Made by a program: the position numbers and the translations under genes. DNA of 64,000 nucleotides, from the NCBI GenBank assembly GCA_002269645.1, contig NIVC01000069.1, positions 353,498 to 417,497 of the forward strand. Direction: 5' to 3'. Source of the stretch: Macrostomum lignano (lineage: Eukaryota). This document shows, in pieces, positions 24,972 through 36,458 of this stretch (its first letter is position 1; each line of letters begins with the position of its first letter). Under the pieces are notes generated by a model. The model did no database searches, had not been told where the DNA came from, and was given only the letters and a program-made list of their open reading frames with translations.

Positions 24972-25490
24972 ATGCAGGGATTCCTCCCCGAGCGATATTC
25001 AAGATCGATATTCGAAAATAACAAAAATCTCTGCTTTTAAAGCACCAAATGCCATGATTTTTTTACAGAAAAAAACATCACCCACGAGATAAACCGACTT
25101 GAAAAAATACGGCTACAGATTGAAATGATTTTTTACAATTTGCAAAAAAACTGGTGCTTCCCTATCTCCACAGTGTATTAAATTGATATTCGATTTCGAG
25201 TACTTCTGCTTGCTCGATCTGTCGCTGAAAATTGACATGCAGGACTTCACCCAAACACTAATCGATTATCATAACTCAAACTGAACTCAAAGCTTCATGC
25301 TCGAGAACTATTCAAGAACTATTACAGTTTTTTGCAAAGTGTAAAAAATCCTTTCTATCTGTAGCCGTAATTTTTTTCAAGTCGGTTTATCTCGTGGGTG
25401 ATGTTTTTTCTGTAAAAAAATCATGGCATTTGGTGCTTTAAAAGCAGAGATTTTTGTTATTTCCGAATATCCATCTTGAATATCCCCGCA
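24972..25490. mobile_element. Fold-back MITE with ~150-bp inverted arms
   Basis: atattcaagatcgatattcgaaaataacaaaaatctctgcttttaaagcaccaaatgccatg... is inverted at ~25325-25485; gcattttggatgaa occurs on both flanks. Confidence 0.8.
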
Positions 25491-27061
25491 TTTTGCATTT
25501 TGGATGAACCGTTTTTGCATCAAAGCCATACGGTAGCTACCTGTTTTTTATAACTCCCTACTTAAATACTTGTTGTTCTTCGTTAGCTAGTCTTTGTAGG
25601 TCGTCCGTAAATACCGCAAAAAATCCCAGACTCTCTTTCAACTTTCAAATACCATATTTAATACAAATTTGTTAATATCTGATTAATACCTATATACTCA
25701 TTTTTATCACATACGGGATCAATTGAATTGCTATACATCAAGTTCGTACAATGCTTGTTTTTTTTAATTCCTTAGGCTACTTAAATACTTTTTCCTTCGT
25801 TTGTCGTTAAAGCTCGTTAGAAGTTTCGAAGAAAAATTTAGGCGCTCTTTCAAATACAATATTATTGCAAAACGTATTAATGTTCAGTTGAACATAATCA
25901 ACCTTTTGAACAAGTATTAAATACATCGAATCATATTGGCAAAACAAGCTCCTGGCCTGAGCCAAACTTACTACTACTAAGTACTACTACTACTACGACT
26001 CACATGCATAAGGTTTTCCTTCTACTTTTGAATTTTTATTAAATACACAGACATATACTGGCCTAACAGGCTTCCTGCCTGAGCCAACTTACTTACTACT
26101 ACTACCATCTTTTGCTCTTCAAGCTTCTATCTTCTAGTCCTATACTTGCTACTCTAAAAAGATTGTTACTCTCAAAAGCTCTTAGTCATTATAGTTATGT
26201 CAGTCAGTCGGTCCATTAATAATAATTATTATTAGTATATAGTAGGCCTATGCAATGCATGCAATTATCATTTTAAAAATATCAGACTCAGACTAACTCA
26301 GACTTTATACTAAAGGCTGGTTTTTATTTAGGCTTAATCTGTGTATAATGTGGAAGTGCTTATCCCCATAGTCCCGTGCCAATAATTCCAATTTTATCTA
26401 CACAGATCTGTGTCAATAATTTTTAGCTTATTCCCACAGCTAAGAATAAGATTGTGCAGTTGCTTGTTTAGTTTGTGTACTAATGTAATTACATTAAATG
26501 TTGCAACTATATTAGTCTTTTTAAAAATTTTAATAATGTATATGGCATAGCTTAAAATAATTTTTATTACAATGTTGTGTGACTTTCAATTGAATTGCCA
26601 CAGTGTGTCATATCTCATGGGCATTTCCGCCAATTAGGCACTATCGGAAAATTACACTTCAACAAACAGAAAATGATGAATTGTAGCTTAAGCCAGCTAA
26701 TTGAAGTCAAACAAGGACTTAAACTGAAAAATACAACCACTTTTGCTCAATTTAAAGCTATTTAAAGATTGTTAATCGCAAAATTAATGTTGAATAAACC
26801 ATTTTAAACTTACGTAGACGCCACTTTTTGGATGTCCAAACACACAATTTTTAACTTCAACATTGAATAAAAGAGCGAAAAAAACATTCTTGATAGTAAT
26901 TCTCTTTGTTTCATGAAAAAAACACATTAAACTTTGTTAAAATCATTCCTTTTCGTCACAACACCTGCAAGAAGTCATTGATTTTTGTCAGTTTTCTTGC
27001 TATACCAAAAATTATCAATGGTAAGTTTTTGTATCGTTTGTACTCATGTTGTACCCTCTCA

Positions 27062-28499
27062 TAGGGGGCGACCGGGACGGCCAAAGTCGGGCCCGGGTCG
27101 GGCCCGGGAATGAGGACTCGGGCCTCGGGAATTCGGGACAAGATCTTTAAGACAGCTCAATAATTGGAAAAAAATCATAATAAATCTTAATACTTTTAGC
27201 ATATGCGGATTACTATTAAATATATAATAAATATATTAATATATTATAATATATAAATATATTAAATATATAATATATAAATATAATATATTATATTAAA
27301 TATATAATAAATATTATTTTTATTTAATACATTAGTTAAGACTTCAGAATAGATAAGAGTTACATTAAAAGACTTAATACTCAAATATCAATATACTCAA
27401 TAGTTCAAATTCAATGTCACTGTGTGGCACAAGTACTGTGTGTGTGCCAATGACAGTGACACTAACACTTAACAGGCAGTGAGGTAGGCAAGCAGGCACT
27501 GCGGTAGTGCGGCTGGCACTGGCAGTGGCAGTAAGCAAAAAGAAGAAAAGCTGAAGCATTAAGTGTAAGGCACTTGGCATTGGAAGCAGTAAGGAAGTAA
27601 GAACCAAATCAATTGATTGATTCTTTTATTTGAATTTTTAGTTTCTTTACATAGCTTCAATGTAAAGAGCCATGTACACAGTCAGTATTCAGTAAGACAA
27701 CAAGACAAGACAACAGAACAGAACACAAGTGAAGTGACAACACAACACAACACTCAACTGTCTCAACAGAACAGGCAAACAGACAATGGAAATACAAGTA
27801 ATTAGCTGATACCTGCCTACCTGCTCACCTACCTACCTAAACGAATATGATTACGAATACGATACTGAGTCTACAACTACAACTACCTACGAATACAATA
27901 CAAATATGAACACGATTACAAACTCTGATAGATAGCAAACTTCTTGGAAAAATGGTAGCCTTGGCCCTTAATAGGTACTTCTTGGAACGTAAATAGGAAA
28001 TGTTATTTACAAAAGCTTAAAAATGACAAATCAACTTTTTAAAGAATCATATTTTTGCTTTTAGGCTGCAGCCTGCAGCGTGTAAAGTGAAATCAATATT
28101 GCATCAACTATGTTTTAATTTTATCTTCCTGGAAAAAATCCGATCTTCCTGGAAAGTGGAAACTGGCTGTGGCTGATGCTCACGGTCACAGACACTCACG
28201 CTTAGAGCCTACTACGAATCAATGATATTGCTACTTCACATCATATCATCTATTACTATTACTGCAGTCGTGCAGTGCTTGAGTCTTGAGTGCTGATGCA
28301 ATGCTTAACTGAGTGTTGTGCTGTGCTATGAATAAAAATAATTTTATTCTTATTTGCACGCGGTTAGTGCCTTTAGGGAAAAAATACTTGTCCCGATTTC
28401 CCGACTTTTTTAGGGTCGGGCCCGGGCCCGGGTCAGGCCACGATTTTGGTCGGGATTCCCGACTTTTCGGGCCCGGGCCCGGGACTGGGTCGCCCCCTA
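27062..28499. mobile_element. Non-autonomous hAT element (1438 bp)
   Basis: TIR tagggggcgacc / ggtcgcccccta; 8-bp TSD ccctctca (27054-27061, 28500-28507); cccgg(g)-rich subterminal regions; no transposase ORF. Confidence 0.9.
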
Positions 28500-30319
28500 C
28501 CCTCTCATTTACTCATAAGGGCAAGGCTTTCAATCTACACGTTTTTTAGCTTAAATGAAGGAAAACATCTTTGCGATGATGTATCAGTATATTTTTTTAG
28601 CAATAGAATTTGCTTAATACATTTTTCTAAGACATTAATTTTTTTTCGATGTGACATCTTAACCACAAGATTGTACTCATGTTGTACCCAATAATTTTTT
28701 TTAGTGCTTTTCATTAGCTGAAAATGATATATTTATGGATTGCCGACATACAGAGCTTCACAAAAAGTGGTCTGCTGAACCTTAATCTGTCAAAATACCT
28801 TAAATATTAACATTTAAATGTAGTAAGCACACTACTTACACGAGATGTATTTTCATGTTGTACCCTTTATTTTATTTTTCGCTAGTTTTTTTTCTCAAAA
28901 TCAGTCTTACAAGACTATCATTAAGTATAAAAGCTGGAAAATAAAACAGTTTCACATTAATTTCTTGTTTATTTATCAATAAAAATGTAATTTACATTTT
29001 GCACTATAGTATGTAGATATTAATTTACATAGTACTAAATCAATTTTCCCCACATTTACTTGTAATATTGCTTCAGAAAAACTTTCTCTAGATTGTGGAA
29101 GCATATGCATTTCTTGCTGCTTGCAAAGTTGCACTGGAACTTCTGAATAATTACGGTGATCGGCTAGTTACTGAAAAGTAAAATTAGAGATTTACGTTCA
29201 GTATATTGCGCAGAAAAAAACATTTTGACAAAGTTAAAAAATATCGTATGAACTTATGCGCAAAAATAACAAAATCTGAATTAAAAAGTTGATTAAAAGC
29301 ATTAAGAAACAATTAAAAAATTATTGACTGAAAGAAAGTTAATTATAAGCAAGCAATTACGCCTCAATATAAAATTTTATGCTCCTACGGTATTAATCGT
29401 CTTCTTAGATCAGTATAACTTTTATCGGCAACTTTTATTGTTACCAGAAAATTTCTTGTGCTTCTACAAGATAAAAAAAGAAATTTAATAACAAATTCTA
29501 GTTAGATTTCCTGTTTTCAACATTTTTCTTCTTCTTTGCACACTCGGACACAATTTGTGTCCCTATTTGGCGGAAATGCCCTCATATGACAGTCATTTTA
29601 ATATCTTGCTAACTTTCCATCTAAAATTGATATTGTAATTATTATTAGTATTATTATTATTATTACATTTTGAATTTTGCAAGTCTTGTTTGTGTCAATC
29701 TTAGGGTCATTTGCCATGTGATCATTTTAAGGCTTTAACTTCTAAGCAAAGTTAGCAGCTAAGCAAATATTTAAAATTAGGCCTAACTAGCCTTTTAACA
29801 ATGAAAAGGTTTTAACAATTTACTTGATACTATTTAGTATTCACTAGTTTATTTGGAAAATTTGTAAAAACATTGAAAACAAAAAGGTGGTTTTTGAAAA
29901 GATTCATTTTAAAGTTCTCTATTCCAATAAGCTGCCATGGGACATGGGAATAAGCCTAAGCTAAAAATTATTGACATAGATCTGTATAGATAAAACTAGA
30001 ATTATTGACACAGCCTATAGACTTGAATAATGGCGGTCTGCGGTCATTTTGTCTGCCGCCTTTTCGTCTGCCAAAGAATTTTAGCAGACAAAATGACTTT
30101 TTTATTTATGTTTATTTTCGTTCACTTATTTAGTATTTTTTATGTAGGGAATTAAAATAAATTAGTATAAGCAAGTTTTAAGTATGTTTTCTTATTTATA
30201 TTGATACATTTTGTTTTTCTTCATTTTCTATGAAACCTAACTAACCTATATAATACTTTTGACGCATCGATGCGAGGTTATTTTCTGAGAAAGTGGTGTT
30301 ATCGATAATTTTTTTCACC

Positions 30320-31527
30320 ATGGACGCATGCATAATTTGTAAACAGACTGTACAACCCAGACAACATGCGCTACTGTGCGACTTGTGCAACAAATGGCAG
30401 CATCGGACATGTAATTCTGGTAAGTTAACAATGCATATATCAGTATTTACATATAGTATATAGTTTTGCTATATAGTTTTGTATTTAAACTTGTATTTTT
30501 GTATACTTTTGTATTTTGTATATATAATCATGCTTGGGCGCAACCTTGGGATTCACTCGGCCGTTTCTATTGGCAACACACACATGTAAGTCGCTATTGG
30601 ACGAAATAGTAGTCACGTGACTGCTCTCAGCCAATAGCGACTTACATGTGTATGTTGCCAATAGAAACGGCCGGGTGATTCCCAAAGTTGCGCATGTATG
30701 TATATAATAGTATATTAATAGTAAGCGATTAACCTTTTAACCTTGCAGGCATTCCATTGACTAAGTATCGGCAGCTTATGACTGAGACGCACATAACTTA
30801 TGTCTGTAGTAAATGTAAGTCTGAAGCTGAGGCTGCCGCTGAAGCTGAGGCTGCCGCTGAGGCTGCCGCTGAAGCTGAGGCTGCCGCTGAAGCTGAGACC
30901 GCAAACGTAGATGGCGGTCTGCACAAGGAGATGGCTCTAGAAGTGAAGCAGGCTGCTAAGAGAGCAAAGTATACATCAGCAAAAGCACTCGCCAAGGAGG
31001 TTGTCAGTAGCCGTGCCGGTGAGTTTCGTGTACAAGCGCCACATTTGGAGCATTTGGCACGTCAAGCCAACCGCCTCCGACAGAAGGACCGGCGTCGCCA
31101 CCCACAAACACTGGATTTCGATCTCAATGGAGAGGATATCCCACAACCTTTTCTACATGCCGATGTGCCAGTTGCTCGCACAGGCAAGCGGCACATTGTG
31201 GTCGCCAGCCATGAGCAGCTCAGGGCTCTGTCAAGCTGCACTCGATGGTTCCTCGATGGCACCTTTAGTGTTGTGAAGGAGCCGTTTGTGCAGCTTTATA
31301 GCATTCACGGTGCTGTCGAAGTTGGAGGTGTGCGGCGCATAGTTCCAATGGCCTACATCGTCATGTCTGGTCGTGCTAAGCCGGACTATGTGGCCGTGTT
31401 TTCTGCATTGAAGAACCTCATTGGTGCATTTAAGCTACTTGTATTCGTGAATAAATTGCATATGAGTTTACATTTTCTGTGCCTACAATTTCGATTGCTC
31501 CTTACATTTTACACTTTGTGCATTTAA
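30320..31527 (+). pseudogene. PHD finger + truncated MULE transposase; exons 30320-30419, 30749-31527
   Basis: MDACIICKQ..LLCDLCNKWQHRTCNS|G..YVCSKC is a C4HC3 PHD split by a phase-1 GT-AG intron; WFLDGTF..PFVQLYSIHG..PMAYIVM MULE motif; later catalytic D/E not seen. Confidence 0.8.
30529..30700. mobile_element. 172-bp palindromic hAT-type MITE in the MULE intron
   Basis: ~65-bp inverted arms, right end gttgcgcatgtatg, 8-bp TSD tatataat (30521-30528, 30701-30708). Confidence 0.85.
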
Positions 31528-33073
31528 GCTACTTGTATTCGTGAATAAATTGCATATGAGTTTACATACACGAAAAAAAAGAAAGTTGGAAGGAAACTAA
31601 ATGGTTGGAGATATTTGCTTCTGGCTTTGTGTATTTATATGCAACATATTAGCTCCGGAACTTTCAGAAAAGTCCTAGCATTATAATAAATTATATTTAA
31701 TAAGACATTTACATTACACTTCCATGCGAAGCTTGATAACATAATTAGTTATTCCAATTTATATATTATATATATTGGCAGATGAAACGACTATATCGTA
31801 TATTGGCAGACGAAAAGGTGGCAGACGAAAAGGCGGCAGACAAAATGACTGTCAACCATAATGGCAGCTATTTCAATAAGCTTCCGTTTGGATAAGCTAG
31901 ATATTATCAACATGGATAATGAATCCATATAGATAAATTGGAATTATTGGTATAGAACTATAGAGATAAGCACTTCTATGTAATGTAGCCTTTAGACATA
32001 GCACAAGTAAAGTGAATAATGATATTATTGACTGATATACAGGGTGGCTCACAATGTGCCTAATTTAAAACATTAATTTAATATCTAATATTCTCTAATA
32101 ACTTTTTGTCATTTGCAGCCAATGTTGGCAAAATTTTAACACAATGTTGCCATATATATAGCATTATACAAGTAAGCAAATATATAAACCTTTAAGTTGC
32201 AAGTTGCAACAACTCTAAACCTCTAGACCAAGGATTGGTAAACTCTGGCCAGTGGGCCACATGGGGCCCCAAAGCCTCTATCTGGCCCTTGTGTCCTTTG
32301 AAATTTCACAATAGCAATCTAGCCTGCTCAAGGTTGGTGTCTCTTCTAATTTCTCTCCTCTCTCTTTGCTTCTCTATTTTCTCTCCTCTACTTTCTATTT
32401 TTCTCTTATCTAAGACTAATATCCACTTTTCCCAATAGATACTGGGGACAAAATGGTTACTATAGGGACATTTTGGCAAGAAGCCTATTAGTACAATATA
32501 TTTTTGACAAATTTTTTTTTGACAAATAATTTGAATTTTGTTTTTTTAAAGGTAAAATAATTTAGAAATCAAGTCATAAAGGCTGAATCCAAAAAAATGA
32601 TAGAAGTGATATACTATAATTTTTTAATGCACTATATCTGTATGGTTCTTTTTTGTTTTTTTAAAGAAGCAAACATACTAAGAAAGAAATGTGCAAAGTT
32701 TTATGTACAAGAGAATTGTAACACTAGAGAAAATAAATATATACTTTTGTTTTGAAGATGTTGGTAGATAGACAACGTGTCAATAAGTGGACAGAAGGCA
32801 TCAGTAAGTAGACAAGATTCATGGGTCTTCACTGTGGGTCTTCCCTCTCCACATATTTTCACTGTGGACTGAAAGTCACATGCATGAGCTGGCTAAGTGA
32901 AATGTGTTTTAGTTGATTTTGAAAATTTTGACTGATGTCACCTGGCATTGTGGTTTTCAATTTATAGCATCCTGCATTCGAACACAGATATGCCTAAATT
33001 TGCTTAATCAACTAATCTAAGCAATTTAATGCAAGAATACCAATACAGGTTGTGTGTTTAAATCTGATTTCAG

Positions 33074-33718
33074 ACCAAGCTACTACTATTAGTAGATTGT
33101 CAGACAGCCTTTCTGGCTAATTGGCCAGCCACTGAGGCTGCGCCAATTCTCGCCGCCTACGAACGGGCAAGTCAGCTGGTTGGCAGCCCGGGCCTGCCTC
33201 CCGATCGTGTGCTTTTAGTTTACACCCTGTTCGACCTGCGGCATCACGGCGCCGGGCCCAGCCGACCATCTGATCTTTATCCAGGCTTGGCTAGGCTACT
33301 CGAAACCAGGCAGCTGACAGCTCTGCCTAAATCTGGCACCAATCTATGCGCTTCGGTTGTTGTCATGCAGTATCTGTGGCGGCTGATTCGCGAATATCGC
33401 CTAGATACAATTCACATTGGCGGCGGACCATTGACGTCTAGTATTAGGCATTCGGTTTGTAGATTACGAGAACGATTGCCCGCTAATATTCGCTTGGCTC
33501 TAGTTAGGTCTTTGTGCGCGTCTCGATTGTCAAATGGTAGGCCAATGTGCTCAGCATGTCTGGCCCTGTACATGGAGTCTGGCGAGCCGAGGCACTGTCC
33601 CAGCTGCGGATTGGACTCTCGGTGTCAGTCAGCCGATCAGCAGGCTATGGAAGCTGTGCAGGCTGCCGGGGTGCACGTTGTTGAGTCGCTGTCCGCTTGG
33701 GAACTGCTTGTTGACTGA
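33074..33718 (+). CDS. Isochorismatase/cysteine-hydrolase-fold protein with CxxC-x12-CxxC insert; ORF begins at a splice acceptor
   Basis: TKLLLLVDCQTAF, LPKSG, LIREYRLDTIHIGG, LALVRSLCAS, AMEAVQAAGVHVVES follow the family pattern; ttcag acceptor at 33072-33073 with in-frame TGA 9 nt upstream. Confidence 0.75.
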   Translation, partial: TKLLLLVDCQTAFLANWPATEAAPILAAYERASQLVGSPGLPPDRVLLVYTLFDLRHHGAGPSRPSDLYPGLARLLETRQLTALPKSGTNLCASVVVMQYLWRLIREYRLDTIHIGGGPLTSSIRHSVCRLRERLPANIRLALVRSLCASRLSNGRPMCSACLALYMESGEPRHCPSCGLDSRCQSADQQAMEAVQAAGVHVVESLSAWELLVD

Positions 33719-33799
33719 ATTGATTGATTGTTTTATTCTCTCGACGCTATGCACCTTCTGGGTGTTTGTATTTTTGTATGATAAAATATCTTTTTTAAC

Positions 33800-34700
33800 G
33801 CTAATCTATCCATCTCTCCCTCTTTCATCTCCCCTCTTCCTCTCCCCCCCTCTCCGTCTCCCCTCACTTTTCCCTCTCCCTCTCTAATCTCCCTCTCCCT
33901 TTCTCACTTCCCCTCTTCCTTTCCCCCTCTTCCTCTCCCCTCTTCCTCTCCCCCTCTTCCTCTCCCCCTCTTCCTCTCCCCCTCTTCCTCTCCCCTCTTC
34001 CTCTCCCCCTCTTCCTCTCCCCCTCTTCCTCTCCCCCTCTTCCTCTCCCCTCTTTCTCTCCCCCTCTTCCTCTCCCCCTCTTCCTCTCCCCCTCTTCCTC
34101 TCCCCCTCTTCCTCTCCCCTCTTCCTCTCCCCCTCTTCCTCTCCCCCTCTTCCTCTCCCCTCTTCCTCTCCCTCTCTTCCTCTCCCCCTCTTCCTCTCCA
34201 CCTCTTCCTCTCCCCCTCTTCCTCTCCCCCTCTTCCTCTCCCCCTCTTCCTCTCCCTCTCTTCCTCTCCCCCTCTTCCTCTCCCCCCTCCGTCTCCCCTC
34301 ACTTTTCCCTCTCCCTCTCCAATCTCCCTCTCCCCTCTCTCATTTCCCCTCTTCCTCTCCCCCCTCCGTCTCCCCTCACTTTTCCCTCTCCCTCTCCAAT
34401 CTCCCTCTCCCCTCTCTCATTTCCCCTCTTCCTCTCCCCCCTCTTCCTCTCCCCCTCTTCCTCTCCCCCTCTTCCTCTCCCCCTCTTCCTCTCCCTCTCT
34501 TCCTCTCCCCCTCTTCCTCTCCCCCCTCCGTCTCCCCTCACTTTTCCCTCTCCCTCTCCAATCTCCCTCTCCCCTCTCTCATTTCCCCTCTTCCTCTCCC
34601 CCCTCTTCCTCTCCCCCTCTCCAGTCTCCCTCCCCCCTCTCTCTAACCCATCTCCATCTCTCTTCCTGCTCCCTTCTCCTTTTCTCACCCTTTCTTCCAC
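33800..34700. repeat. Polypyrimidine (ctcttcctctccc)n low-complexity tract
   Basis: Direct inspection. Confidence 0.95.
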
Positions 34701-35254
34701 TCCTCCCTTTCGCCCTCTTTTTGCATTCATCCTCTCTACATGTGGTTCAAAGTTATTGTTTTACTTTGGCTCATCTGTCTTGTACATTCGTATTTAAGTA
34801 CTTGTTTGTATTTTTTGCATCTTTTACAATACCGGAATAATATCTTAGCATGCGCAGGGCTTCGAATTCCCATTTTTAATTGATTATATCATTATTATGA
34901 ATGTACAATTTGAATGTCAGTATTGTTTTATAGCTTCATAATATGTTTTTACTTCAGTTCAATAATTCTAACGGTTGGAGTTGGCAATAGTCTGGTGGGC
35001 TTTATTTTATTGCATTTTTAAAGTTTTACTTTTTAGCTTACCAGTGTTACGAGTATTTACTCTTATTTAACTGAATGTTCTGCTGCAAGTATTTTGAACT
35101 GCACATACCTCCCAGCATTACCTATTCAATTAACGTTTTTTTATGCGGACCAAGTTTAATCATTATTTTTTGCCTAGGTAATGAATTGTAAATAAAACTG
35201 TATAAGTTCTACATATTGTCATTAAAACGCAAGAAAACTTATTTCTTTTATATT

Positions 35255-36410
35255 TTTTACAGTTTGATTGCAGGTTGTCACAGTTTGATTGCAGATTGTC
35301 ACAGTTTGATTGCAGATTGTCACAGTTTGATTGCAGATTGTCACACTTTGATTGCAGATTGTCACAGTTTGATTGCAGATTGTCACAGTTTGATTGCAGA
35401 TTGTCACAGTTTGATTGCAGATTGTCACAGTTTGATTGCAGATTGTCACAGTTTGATTGCAGATTGTCACAGTTTGATTGCAGATTGTCACACTTTGATT
35501 GCAGATTGTCACACTTTGATTGCAGATTGTCACACTTTGATTGCAGATTGTCACACTTTGATTGCAGATTGTCACACTTTGATTGCAGATTGTCACAGTT
35601 TGATTGCAGATTGTCACAGTTTGATTGTAGATTGTCACAGTTTGATTGCAGATTGTCACAGTTTGATTGCAGATTGTCACAGTTTGATTGCAGATTGTCA
35701 CAGTTTGATTGCAGATTGTCACAGTTTGATTGTAGATTGTCACAGTTTGATTGCAGATTGTCACAGTTTGATTGCAGATTGTCACAGTTTGATTGCAGAT
35801 TGTCACACTTTGATTGCAGATTGTCACAGTTTGATTGCAGATTGTCACAGTTTGATTGCAGATTGTCACAGTTTGATTGCAGATTGTCACAGTTTGATTG
35901 CAGATTGTCACACTTTGATTGCAGATTGTCACAGTTTGATTGCAGATAGTCGCACTTTGATTGCAGATTGTCACACTTTGATTGTAGATTGTCACAATTT
36001 GACTGCAGATTGTCACACTAATTGTAGATTGTCACACTTTGTAGATAATCACAGTTGGATTGTAGATTGTCACACTTTGATTGTAGTTTCTCACACTTTG
36101 ACTTCAGATTGGCACACTTTGATTGCAGATTGTCACACTGTAGATAATCACAATTTGTTTGTAGATTGTCACACTTTGATTGCAGATTGTCACACTTTGA
36201 TTGCAGATTGTCACACTTTGATTGCAGATTGTCACAGTTTGATTGCAGATTGTCACAGTTTGATTGTAGATTGTCACAGTTTGATTGCAGATTGTCACAG
36301 TTTGATTGCAGATTGTCACAGTTTGATTTCAGATTGTCACAGTTTGATTGCAGATTGTCACATTTTGATTGCAGATTGTCACAGTTTGATTGCAGATTGT
36401 CACAGTTTGA
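35255..36410. repeat. 21-bp minisatellite upstream of the glycosyltransferase gene
   Basis: tgtcacagtttgattgcagat, about 55 copies; source of the spurious LIADCHS ORF. Confidence 0.95.
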
Positions 36411-36458
36411 TTTCACTCAGTCATTCTATTTTCAGCTCTGCCGCTAAAAAGCACGATA

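Larger units (their letters stand above)
30035..31857 (+). mobile_element. Mutator-like (MULE) element, internally deleted
   Basis: TIR gtcattttgtctgccgccttttcgtctgcc at both ends; TSD ataatggc (30027-30034, 31858-31865); encloses PHD-MULE gene. Confidence 0.85.
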
